Source: Candidatus Rokuibacteriota bacterium (GTDB taxonomy: Bacteria; Methylomirabilota; Methylomirabilia; Rokubacteriales; CSP1-6). From it: DNA of 64,000 nucleotides. Shown one piece after another: positions 16,296 through 24,722 of the stretch; positions within the stretch are counted from its first letter, which is position 1; the number at the start of each line of letters is the position of its first letter. The notes beneath the pieces are model-generated. The model was not told the origin of the DNA. It saw only the letters and a list, made by a program, of their open reading frames with translations, and did no database searches. The translations under genes and the position numbers were made by a program. Where the stretch lies: positions 5,341-69,340 of the forward strand of contig JBIOXS010000189.1 in assembly GCA_044869815.1 (NCBI GenBank). Direction: 5' to 3'.

Positions 16296-17557
16296 TGGCG
16301 GGCGAGACGGTCGACGCGCTTGACGCCCCGCAGACGCTCGCGGCGATCCGCTCCTGCGTTCACTGCGGCATCTGCCTTCCCCAGTGCCCGACCTACCGCG
16401 TGCTGGGCCAGGAGATGGATTCGCCGCGCGGGCGCGTCTACCTGATGCGCGCCGTCGCCGAGAAACGGCTCGACATGACCGACGGCTTCCGCCGCCACTT
16501 GGATCTGTGCCTCGGCTGTCGCGCCTGCGAGACGGCGTGTCCCGCCGGCGTCCCCTTCGGCTCTCTCCTCGAGACCTCGCGCGCCCAGATCGAGCGTCAC
16601 GGACGGCCGCTCCGCGAGCGAGTGCTCTCCTCGCTGATCTTCGCCGTGTTCCCATATCCGGGGCGGCTGCGGGCGCTGCTCGCGGCGGGTCGGCTGTACC
16701 GCCGCTCGGGACTGCAGGCGTTGGTTCGCCGCACGGGGATTCTCCGGAGCTTCCCGCGCCTGGCCGCGATGGACCGGCTGGTGCCCGCCGTCCCCGCCGC
16801 GGCACCGCTGCCCGAGGTCGTGCCGGCACGCGGCCGGTCACGCGGCCGGGTCGCGCTGCTGACCGGGTGCGTCCAGCGTCATGTCTATGCCGACGTCAAC
16901 CGCGACACCGCCCGTCTGCTCGCCCTCGCCGGCTGGGACGTCGTCGTGCCGCGCGGGCAAGGCTGTTGTGGCGCGCTCGAGCTCCACGCCGGCCGCCCGG
17001 ACGCGCTGCGCCGCCGTGCGGCCGCGCTCGGGTCGGTATTTCCCTCGGACGTCGACTGGGTGGTGACCAACGCGGCCGGCTGCGGCGCGGCCATGCGGGA
17101 ATACGGGCACTGGACGACGGACGAGGCGGCCATTCGTCTGGCGAGCCGCACGCGAGACGTCACCGAGCTCCTGGCCGACACCGAGCTGCCGCTCGAGCCG
17201 TTGCCGCTCACGGTGACGTACCATGATCCCTGCCATCTCGCCCACGGCCAGAAGATCCGCGCCGCGCCGCGTGCGCTGCTGGCGAAGGTCCCGGGCCTCA
17301 GCGTGGTGCCGCTCGCCGACAGCGAGCTCTGCTGCGGCAGCGCCGGCGTGTACAACATCCTGGAGCCGGAGATGGCCGAGCAGCTGCTGTCGCGGAAGAT
17401 CGACCGCATCGTCGAGAGCGGGGCCCGCACGGTGGTCACCGGCAATCCCGGCTGCCTCTTGCAGATCGCGAGCGGCTGCCGGCGGCGGGGAGTGGAGATC
17501 GAGGTGATCCATCCGGTGACGCTGGTGGCCCGCGCGGTGCGATGGGAGGCGCCATGA
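16295..17557 (+). CDS. glcF: Glycolate oxidase iron-sulfur subunit GlcF-like (2x[4Fe-4S] plus CCG domains)
   Basis: In the frame of ORF 16190..17557, ATG 16295 overlaps the glcE TGA. CVHCGICLPQCPTYRV and CLGCRACETACPAGV ferredoxin motifs. PRGRVYLMR motif as in GlcF. Confidence 0.85.
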   Translation: MAGETVDALDAPQTLAAIRSCVHCGICLPQCPTYRVLGQEMDSPRGRVYLMRAVAEKRLDMTDGFRRHLDLCLGCRACETACPAGVPFGSLLETSRAQIERHGRPLRERVLSSLIFAVFPYPGRLRALLAAGRLYRRSGLQALVRRTGILRSFPRLAAMDRLVPAVPAAAPLPEVVPARGRSRGRVALLTGCVQRHVYADVNRDTARLLALAGWDVVVPRGQGCCGALELHAGRPDALRRRAAALGSVFPSDVDWVVTNAAGCGAAMREYGHWTTDEAAIRLASRTRDVTELLADTELPLEPLPLTVTYHDPCHLAHGQKIRAAPRALLAKVPGLSVVPLADSELCCGSAGVYNILEPEMAEQLLSRKIDRIVESGARTVVTGNPGCLLQIASGCRRRGVEIEVIHPVTLVARAVRWEAP

Positions 17558-17877
17558 AGATCCGACTCGCAGAGCACGCGAAATTCCAGGCCGACAAGAT
17601 GGCGAAGATCGCGCTCGCGACCACCCCGCGCGCCCAGCTGGATCTGTACTGCCTCGAGTCGGGCCAGAGCCAGAAGGTCCACAGCCACGACGATCAGGAC
17701 AAGGTGTACGTGGTGCTCGAGGGCCGGGGCCGCTTCACGGTCGGTGCCGAGCAGTACGCGCTCGCGCCGGGCGAGGCGGTCGTCGCGACGGCCGGCGCGC
17801 CGCACGGCGTGACCAACGATTCCGGCGCGCGGCTGCTCCTGCTCGTCTTCGTCAGTCCGCCGCCGCCGCACGCATGA
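17554..17877 (+). CDS. Cupin domain protein
   Basis: ORF 17542..17877. ATG 17554 preferred (ATGA overlap with glcF, SD GGGAGG). Cupin motifs HSHDDQDKVYVVLEG and GAPHGVTN. Confidence 0.7.
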   Translation: MKIRLAEHAKFQADKMAKIALATTPRAQLDLYCLESGQSQKVHSHDDQDKVYVVLEGRGRFTVGAEQYALAPGEAVVATAGAPHGVTNDSGARLLLLVFVSPPPPHA

Positions 17878-18617
17878 CCGGTCCGGCGCGCGCCGCGCTG
17901 ATGATCACGTGCTTAGCCGACCTGTTCTATCCCGAGGTCGGCGAGCGCATCGTGCGTCTGCTGCGGCGGCTCGGCGTGACGGTGACGCTTCCGGGCGGCC
18001 AAACGTGCTGCGGTCTGCCCCTGTTCAACTCCGGCTACCACTCCGAGGCCGCCGCCGTGGCGCGCCGCACGGTGGCCGTGTTCGCGGACGCGGAGGCGGT
18101 GGTGGTACCGTCCGGATCCTGCGCGTGGATGGTGAAGCACGAGTACCCCGGCCTGCTCGGCAACGGTCCGGAGGCCGCGGCCGCACGGCAGCTCGCCGGC
18201 CGCACGTACGAGTTCTCCCAGTACCTCGTTCGCGCGCTCGGCCGGACGGAGTTCGAGACGGACGCGAGCGGGCGCGTGACGTACCACGACTCGTGTCACC
18301 TGCTGCGCGGCCTGCACGAGTCGGAGTCGCCGCGGACGCTCCTGCGCAATTTGCGGGGCGTGGAGGTCGTGGAGCTGCCGGGGAGCGATGAATGCTGCGG
18401 CTTCGGCGGCTCCTTCTCCGTCCGCTTGCCCGAGGTCTCGACGGCCATCCTCGACCGGAAGCTCGCCAACGTCGACGCCTCCGGCGCGAGCTGCGTCGTC
18501 GCCTGCGACGCCGGCTGTCTCATGCAGATGAAGGGCGGCCTCGAGCGCCGCGAGTCGAGCGTACGCGCCGTCCACCTGGCCGAGCTGCTCGATCGCGAGC
18601 GGGGGGGCGTCCGGTGA
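17874..18617 (+). CDS. lutA: (Fe-S)-binding lactate utilization protein LutA/YkgE (CCG domains)
   Basis: ORF 17874..18617, ATGA overlap with the cupin gene. CLADLFYPEVG...QTCCGLP and DSCHLLRGL...ECCGFGG CCG motifs. Confidence 0.85.
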   Translation: MTGPARAALMITCLADLFYPEVGERIVRLLRRLGVTVTLPGGQTCCGLPLFNSGYHSEAAAVARRTVAVFADAEAVVVPSGSCAWMVKHEYPGLLGNGPEAAAARQLAGRTYEFSQYLVRALGRTEFETDASGRVTYHDSCHLLRGLHESESPRTLLRNLRGVEVVELPGSDECCGFGGSFSVRLPEVSTAILDRKLANVDASGASCVVACDAGCLMQMKGGLERRESSVRAVHLAELLDRERGGVR

Positions 18618-20032
18618 GCGAGCCGCTGATCACCACGCCGCTGCGCGATCGGGCGCAGCAGGCGCTCGGCGACCGCTTCCTGCACGAGGCGCTCGACATC
18701 GCGACCACGAAGTTCATCGGACTGCGCCGCGAGGCGTTCGGCGACTTTCCGCAGGGCGAGCAGCTGCGCGATCGCGCGCGCGCGATCAAGGAGGCCACGC
18801 TCCAGCGGCTCGACGAGCATCTGGAGCGTCTGATCGACAACGTCGAGCGTCTCGGCGGACGCGTGCACTTCGCCACCACCGCGGACGAGGCTCGCGACAT
18901 CGTCCTCGACATCGCCCGCCGTACCGGCGCCCGGATGGCGGTGAAGTCCAAATCGATGGCCACCGAGGAGATTCACCTGAACGACGCGCTGGCGGCCGCC
19001 GGCGTGACGCCGGTGGAGACCGACCTCGGCGAGTACATCATCCAGCTGGCGCACGAGCGGCCCTCACACATCATCGCGCCGGCCATCCACAAGACGAAAG
19101 GGCAGGTGGCCGAGCTCTTCGCGCGCGAGCTCAAGCGCGAGGTCGCGCCCGACCCCGAGGTGCTGACGCGCATCGCCCGCGCCGAGCTGCGCGAAAAATT
19201 CCTGCAGGCGGACTTGGGCATCACGGGCGCGAACTTCGCCGTGGCCGAGACGGGGACGGTCGTGCTGGTGACCAACGAGGGCAACGGCCGCATGGTCACC
19301 TCGCTGCCGCGGGTGCACGTGGCCGTCATGGGGGTCGAGAAGGTCGTGCCGTCCATGACCGACCTGATGGTCTTTCTGAGCGTGCTCGCCAAGAGCGCGA
19401 CCGGGCAGAAGCTGTCCGTGTACACGACGCTCGTCCAGGGGCCGCGCCGAGCGCGGGAGCTGGAAGGGCCCGACGAGTTCCACCTGGTGCTGCTCGACAA
19501 CGGCCGGATCGCGCAGATCGGTGGCACCCTGCGCGAGGCGCTCTACTGCCTGCGCTGTGGCGCCTGCCTCAACGTCTGTCCCGTCTATCGGCAGATCGGC
19601 GGTCACGCCTACGGTTACACATATCCGGGCCCGATCGGGATCCTCCTCACCGCGATGCTGAACGGGCCGCGCTCGGTGAAGGAGCTGTCGCACGCCTCGT
19701 CGCTCTGCGGCGCCTGCGCCGACGCCTGCCCGGTGCGGATCGACATTCCACGGATGCTCATCGAGCTTCGCAAGGAGGTCGACGAGCAACAGCTCGCGCC
19801 GTGGCCCGAGCGCGTCCTGTTCAAGGCGTTCGCCTGGCTGCTGCGACGGCCCGGGGTCTACCGCCTGGGCGGGCCGCTCGGGCGCCTGCTCCAGCGACCG
19901 TTCGTGCGGGGCGGACGGATCCGCACGCTGCCGCTGTTCTTCGGCCACTGGACGCGGACGCGCGACCTGCCGCCGGTGGCGGCCCAGACCTTCCAGGAGC
20001 GCTGGGCGGCGCTCGAGCGGGAGACGCGGTGA
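18614..20032 (+). CDS. lutB: Lactate utilization iron-sulfur protein LutB/YkgF
   Basis: In the frame of ORF 18392..20032, GTG 18614 (GTGA overlap). LUD domain plus CLRCGACLNVCPVY and CGACADACPVRI ferredoxin motifs. Confidence 0.85.
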   Translation: MSEPLITTPLRDRAQQALGDRFLHEALDIATTKFIGLRREAFGDFPQGEQLRDRARAIKEATLQRLDEHLERLIDNVERLGGRVHFATTADEARDIVLDIARRTGARMAVKSKSMATEEIHLNDALAAAGVTPVETDLGEYIIQLAHERPSHIIAPAIHKTKGQVAELFARELKREVAPDPEVLTRIARAELREKFLQADLGITGANFAVAETGTVVLVTNEGNGRMVTSLPRVHVAVMGVEKVVPSMTDLMVFLSVLAKSATGQKLSVYTTLVQGPRRARELEGPDEFHLVLLDNGRIAQIGGTLREALYCLRCGACLNVCPVYRQIGGHAYGYTYPGPIGILLTAMLNGPRSVKELSHASSLCGACADACPVRIDIPRMLIELRKEVDEQQLAPWPERVLFKAFAWLLRRPGVYRLGGPLGRLLQRPFVRGGRIRTLPLFFGHWTRTRDLPPVAAQTFQERWAALERETR

Positions 20033-20781
20033 CCACGCGCGCGGCGTTCCTGGCCCGCATCCGCGGAGAGATGACGAAGACGCGCGGATTGTTCCCGGCG
20101 ACGCCGGCCGAGCGTCCGGCGCTGCCGCGCGAGCGGTTCGACGTCCTGCGCCGGGAGCTCATCGAGCGCTGGCCGCAAACGCTCGAGCGATTTCGCGCCG
20201 AGTTCGAGCGAGTGGCCGGCGTGTTCCATCGCGTACCGACCGCGGCCGACGTGCCGGCCGTGCTCGAGCGCATCTGCCGCGAGGGCGGTGCTCGCAGCGT
20301 GGTGACGTGGGCCATCCCCGCGCTCGGCGTCGACGCGGCGCCGATGCTGGGCGCCGCCGGCATCGCCGTGCAGGCGATGCCGGGCAGGGTGCCGCGGGCC
20401 GAGGAGCGGTCTCGCCTGCGTCAGGTCGTTGCGGGGGCGGACGTCGGCGTGACCGGCGCCGATCTTGCCGTCGCGGAGACGGGGACGCTCGTGCTGCGCT
20501 CGGCGGCGGGACGGCCACGCTCGACGTCGCTTCTGCCGGCGTGCCACGTCGCGCTCTTCGACCGATCGGCGCTCGTCGAGACGCTGGAGCAGGTCGGCGT
20601 GGCGCTCGAGGCGTGGCACGAGGGGCGTGCGGCCGACGACGAGGGCGCCGTCATCAACCTCATCACGGGTCCGAGCCGTACCGCGGATATCGAGCTCACG
20701 CTGACGCGGGGCGTTCACGGTCCGAAGGAGGTCCACGCCGTCTTCGTCGAGGCGGGGCTGGGGACCGCCGCGCATGGGTGA
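20029..20781 (+). CDS. lutC: Lactate utilization protein LutC/YkgG (LUD domain)
   Basis: In the frame of ORF 19801..20781, GTG 20029 (GTGA overlap). GVTGADLAVAETGTLVL and GPSRTADIE motifs of the LUD family. Confidence 0.75.
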   Translation: MTTRAAFLARIRGEMTKTRGLFPATPAERPALPRERFDVLRRELIERWPQTLERFRAEFERVAGVFHRVPTAADVPAVLERICREGGARSVVTWAIPALGVDAAPMLGAAGIAVQAMPGRVPRAEERSRLRQVVAGADVGVTGADLAVAETGTLVLRSAAGRPRSTSLLPACHVALFDRSALVETLEQVGVALEAWHEGRAADDEGAVINLITGPSRTADIELTLTRGVHGPKEVHAVFVEAGLGTAAHG

Positions 20782-21172
20782 GCTCTTCCATCCCGCCGAC
20801 GTCGACCGGTTGATCCCGCGGCTCACGCGCGTGATGGAGCGAGCAATGACGGCGCACGCCGCGGGCACGGCGATCGCGGAGCGCCTCGAGCAGGAGCGCC
20901 AGCGCATCCGCCTCGCCGGCGGCGGCCTGATCGATCGCGGCGCCTGGCAGGCGGACTCGGAACGTCTGGAGGCGCTGACCGAGACGGTGCGTCAGGCGCT
21001 CGCCGAGATCGCCGAGATGGGTGGCGTCACCAAGGACGTCACCCTCGGCCTCGTGGACTTTCGCCACGTTCGCGAGGGGCGGGAGGTGAACCTCTGCTGG
21101 AAATTCGGCGAGGATGCCGTGCGCCACTGGCACGGGCTCGACGAGGGCTACGCGAGCCGGAGGCCGCTCTGA
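20774..21172 (+). CDS. DUF2203 domain protein
   Basis: ORF 20774..21172, overlapping the lutC end by 8 nt. C-terminal GLVDFRHVREGREVNLCWKFGEDAVRHWHGLDEG matches my recollection of DUF2203. Confidence 0.6.
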   Translation: MGELFHPADVDRLIPRLTRVMERAMTAHAAGTAIAERLEQERQRIRLAGGGLIDRGAWQADSERLEALTETVRQALAEIAEMGGVTKDVTLGLVDFRHVREGREVNLCWKFGEDAVRHWHGLDEGYASRRPL

Positions 21173-21921
21173 GCGCGCCGTACGCCGCCATCTTCTTCGA
21201 TCTCTTCGACACGCTCGTCCACTTCGACCGCCAAAAACTCCCGACCATCGAGATCGGCGGCAAGGTCGTCCGCTCGACGGCCGGCTGCCTGCACGAGCTG
21301 CTGCGCGTGCACGCGCCCGGCGTCACGCTGCCCGCCTGCTACGACGCCCTGCTGGCGAGCTGGCAGGAGGCCGAGCGGCAGCGCGCCATCGATCACCGCG
21401 AGGTGGCCGCGCCCGAGCGCTTCCGGGACTTCTTCACGCGCCTGGCGCTCGAGCCCGCGCCGGCGGTGGCCCAGGCGCTGATCGACGCGCATCGCGCGGC
21501 CCTGGCGGCGGCGGCCACGTTTCCGGCGCACTATGGTCCCCTGCTGCGCCGCCTGGCGCGCAGTCACCGCCTCGCCATCGTCTCGAACTTCGACTACAGC
21601 CCGACGGCGCTGGCCATCCTGGAAGCGGCGGGCGTCCGGGAGCTCTTCGCGGCCGTCGTCGTCTCCGACCAGGTCGGCTGGCGCAAGCCACGGCCGGACA
21701 TCTTCCGCTATGCCCTCGACGCCGCCGGTGCCGATCCCGCACGGACGTTGTTCGTCGGCGACAAGGCCGAGCTGGACGTGGCGGGCGCCCATCGCGTCGG
21801 CATGGACGCCGCGTGGGTCAATCCGGATCGCGAGCCGTTGCCACGGGGCGTCCGGCCGCCGGAGTACGAGATCCAGGACCTCGCCGAGCTCGAGCTCATC
21901 CTGGCCGACGGCCACGCTTGA
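21169..21921 (+). CDS. HAD superfamily hydrolase; start codon unresolved
   Basis: Frame of ORF 21307..21921. The HAD motif I (FFDLFDTLV, about 21187-21213) lies upstream of the first canonical start at GTG 21307. Motifs SNFD and GDKAELDVAGA lie downstream. The 5' boundary is set at CTG 21169, just after the DUF2203 stop, and is tentative. Confidence 0.6.
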   Translation: MSAPYAAIFFDLFDTLVHFDRQKLPTIEIGGKVVRSTAGCLHELLRVHAPGVTLPACYDALLASWQEAERQRAIDHREVAAPERFRDFFTRLALEPAPAVAQALIDAHRAALAAAATFPAHYGPLLRRLARSHRLAIVSNFDYSPTALAILEAAGVRELFAAVVVSDQVGWRKPRPDIFRYALDAAGADPARTLFVGDKAELDVAGAHRVGMDAAWVNPDREPLPRGVRPPEYEIQDLAELELILADGHA

Positions 21922-21973
21922 ACCCAGGGGCACGCGATCTGCATCTCAAGTGGCGAGGGAGGGCGAAGGTCAT

Positions 21974-22912
21974 ATGTCCGCGACGCGCAAGGTCATTGTC
22001 ATTGGCTCCGGCCCCGCGGGCTACACGGCGGCGATCTATGCCGCCCGGGCGAACCTGGCGCCGCTCATGATCTCGGGCGTTCAGTCCGGCGGTCAGCTGA
22101 TGCTGACGACGCTCGTCGAGAACTACCCCGGGTTTGCCGACGGCATCGACGGTCCCGACCTGATGGAGACGATGCGCAAGCAGGCGGAGCGGTTCGGGAC
22201 GGAGATGGTCGCCGACGACGTCACCGCGGTCGACTTCAGTCGCCGGCCGTTCGTCGTTCGCACCGCCGATCAGTCGTGGGAGGCCGACACGGTGATCATC
22301 GCCAGCGGCGCCACCGCCAAGCTCCTGGGTCTGCCCTCCGAACGCGCGCTGCTGGGGCGCGGCGTCTCGACGTGTGCCACCTGCGACGGGTTCTTCTTCA
22401 AGGATCAGAACGTGATGGTCGTCGGGGGCGGCGACACGGCGATCGAGGAGGCGCTCTACCTGGCCCGTCTCGGCCGCAAGGTCAGCGTCGTCCACCGGCG
22501 CGACACGCTGCGCGCCTCGAAGATCATGCAGGAGCGCGCCCTCGGCAATCCGAAGATCGAGTTCATCTGGAACAGCGAGGTGGCCGAGGTCAAGGATCTC
22601 GCCGCCGACAAGGTCACCTCGGTGGTCCTGCGTGACACGAAGAGCGGTGCGCTCACCGAGCGGGCCGTGGACGGGCTGTTCGTCGCCATCGGCCACGAGC
22701 CGAGCACCGCGCTCTTCCGCGGCCAGCTCGACCTGCTGCCGAACGGCTACGTGAAGGTGGAGCCGGGGACGACGCGGACGTCAGTGCCGGGAGTCTTCGC
22801 GGCCGGCGACGTCCAGGACTTCACGTTCCGCCAGGCGGTCACCGCCGCCGGGACCGGTTGCATGGCCGCGCTCGAGGCCGAACGCTACCTCGAGGTGATC
22901 CACGCCGGTTGA
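21974..22912 (+). CDS. trxB: Thioredoxin-disulfide reductase
   Basis: In the frame of ORF 21533..22912, ATG 21974 with SD GAGGGAGGG. VIVIGSGPAGYTAAIYAARA, redox-active CATCDG and GGGDTAIEEA motifs. Confidence 0.92.
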   Translation: MSATRKVIVIGSGPAGYTAAIYAARANLAPLMISGVQSGGQLMLTTLVENYPGFADGIDGPDLMETMRKQAERFGTEMVADDVTAVDFSRRPFVVRTADQSWEADTVIIASGATAKLLGLPSERALLGRGVSTCATCDGFFFKDQNVMVVGGGDTAIEEALYLARLGRKVSVVHRRDTLRASKIMQERALGNPKIEFIWNSEVAEVKDLAADKVTSVVLRDTKSGALTERAVDGLFVAIGHEPSTALFRGQLDLLPNGYVKVEPGTTRTSVPGVFAAGDVQDFTFRQAVTAAGTGCMAALEAERYLEVIHAG

Positions 22913-22958
22913 CGAGCGGCGCCACGGCTTCGCCGGGGTGCCGCGAACGCTGGGGGCT

Positions 22959-22981
22959 TGGGGGCCATTTCGGGGCCCCCA
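22959..22981. terminator. Hairpin between convergent trxB and nadX (possible bidirectional terminator)
   Basis: Stem TGGGGGCC (22959-22966) / GGCCCCCA (22974-22981) with loop ATTTCGG. Confidence 0.45.
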
Positions 22982-22987
22982 TGTCAG

Positions 22988-23815
22988 TCAAGTTCCGACG
23001 CGCAGCGAGGCACCCAGGTCGCGGAGCAGCGCGATCGTGGAGAGATAGGAGAGGCGGCCCGTGCGCGGGTTCTCCGACGGGACGTTCTCGACCTCGATCC
23101 GGAGCGCGCCGAACTCGCCGTCGATGCGAATGCGGTGCGTGTTGCGCGTGAGGCCGGGCACTGCGTAGATCTTCGTCCGCGTGCGCTCCGGTCCGATGCC
23201 GGCCAGCGAGAGCGCGGCGAGGACGTTCACGTTCGCGGGAAACGCGCGGCACGCCTGGGTGGCGGGACCCTCGAAGATCAGCGTCTCCTCGCGGATGGCA
23301 TCCAGGTCGATCTGCTGCTGGACGATCCACGGCGCGCCGGCGAGGCCCTGCGGCGGCTTGCGCGTCTCCATGGTGACGGACGTCACGGCGCCGATGGCGC
23401 CGCCCTTGACGCCGTCGAGGCCCGCGATGGCCCCCGATGGCACGAGGATGCGCGCGCCGTGACGCTCGGCGAGGGCCACCCAGTCGTCGCGGCCGAGCAG
23501 CGCGCCGCAGGACAGGACCACGAGGTCGCGTCCCGCGCCGAGGGTCTTCGGCGCGATCTCGGCGAGGTGCGCTTGCGTGGAGGCCTCGACGACGAGATCC
23601 GAGGCCCCGATGAGATCGTCGAGCGTGTGGAAGGGGACGGGCGACTTCAGTGTGGCGAGGAACGCCTCGCCCGCGTCTCTCCGGCGCGTCGTGGCCCCGG
23701 CAAGGACGACGCCGGTCAGCCCGGCGTCGAGCGCCCGGCACACGTGGCGGCCGATCACGCCGAGGCCGACGACGCCGACGCGCAGCGGTTCGCGCACGTT
23801 GGCGGCTGCGCTCAT
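22988..23815 (-). CDS. nadX: Aspartate dehydrogenase (NadX-like)
   Basis: ORF 22988..23815. LRVGVVGLGVIGRHV Rossmann N-terminus and VPSGAIAGLDGVKG motif characteristic of the aspartate dehydrogenase domain. Confidence 0.75.
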   Translation of the reverse strand: MSAAANVREPLRVGVVGLGVIGRHVCRALDAGLTGVVLAGATTRRRDAGEAFLATLKSPVPFHTLDDLIGASDLVVEASTQAHLAEIAPKTLGAGRDLVVLSCGALLGRDDWVALAERHGARILVPSGAIAGLDGVKGGAIGAVTSVTMETRKPPQGLAGAPWIVQQQIDLDAIREETLIFEGPATQACRAFPANVNVLAALSLAGIGPERTRTKIYAVPGLTRNTHRIRIDGEFGALRIEVENVPSENPRTGRLSYLSTIALLRDLGASLRVGT

Positions 23816-23825
23816 GGCGGCGTGA

Positions 23826-24722
23826 ATGGTATCATGCGGTACGTTGACGTCAGCGAGCGCGTTGCGGCAGCCGCTCGAGCGGCTCTACCGGGAGTTCGAT
23901 TACGACGCGCGCCTCGGGCGCGACGCCATCCAGTTCCCGCTTCGCTACGCCGATGCCGCCGACCGCGAGCTGGTCTCACTCCTCACATGCTGCCTGGCCT
24001 ACGGCCGCGTCGATCTCTTCGGACGGGAGCTGGACCGGGCGCTGAACGTGATGGGGCCGTCGCCCGCGACGTTCGTCCGCGAATTCGATCCGCGCCGCCA
24101 GGCCCGCGCCTTCGACGGATTCCTCTACCGGTTCAACCGTCCGCGCGATCTGGTGGCCTTCTGCGTGGCCGCGCGCGCCGTGCTGGCGCGACACGGCACG
24201 CTCGAGCGATGTTTCCTGGCGGGCGACCCCGAGCGCCGCGGGCCGATCGGGCCGCCGCTCGAGCGGTTCGCGCGGGCGTTCCTCGACGCCGATCTCCGTG
24301 ACGTCTTTCCACGCGGCCGGCGCTCCCGCGGCTACCGTCATCTGTTCCCGCTGCCCTCTGGGGGCGGGCCGTGCAAGCGCCTCCTCCTTTATATGCGCTG
24401 GATGGTCCGCCGCGAGGCGCCGGACCTCGGCCTCTGGCGTGAGGTCTCGCCGGCGCGGCTGCTGATGCCGGTCGACACGCACGTCGAGAACATGAGCCGC
24501 GCCATCGGCCTCACGCGTCGCCGCTCGCGTACCTGGCGGATGGCGGAGGAGATCACCGCGCGCCTCGCCGCCGTCGATGCGGCCGACCCCGTGAAGTACG
24601 ACTTCGCGCTCTGCCACAAGCGCATGTCGGGCGACTGCCTGGATCGCCGCGACGCAGCCGTCTGCGCCCCGTGCGGCCTGCGCGCCGTCTGCCGTCACTG
24701 GCGCCATAGAAGGCGCGCGTGA
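23826..24722 (+). CDS. TIGR02757 (DUF2400) family protein
   Basis: ORF 23826..24722. DAIQFPLRY...DRELVSLLTCCLAYGRV and MPVDTHV patterns recalled from the DUF2400/TIGR02757 family. Confidence 0.6.
   Translation: MVSCGTLTSASALRQPLERLYREFDYDARLGRDAIQFPLRYADAADRELVSLLTCCLAYGRVDLFGRELDRALNVMGPSPATFVREFDPRRQARAFDGFLYRFNRPRDLVAFCVAARAVLARHGTLERCFLAGDPERRGPIGPPLERFARAFLDADLRDVFPRGRRSRGYRHLFPLPSGGGPCKRLLLYMRWMVRREAPDLGLWREVSPARLLMPVDTHVENMSRAIGLTRRRSRTWRMAEEITARLAAVDAADPVKYDFALCHKRMSGDCLDRRDAAVCAPCGLRAVCRHWRHRRRA

Noticed and set aside
21114-22070. ORF 21114..22070 (318 aa) as the source of a start codon for the HAD gene via a frameshift.
   Set aside because: Its translation is Arg-rich and non-protein-like, and it runs out of frame across the whole HAD gene and into trxB. 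An ATG at 21114 is not enough to support a fusion.
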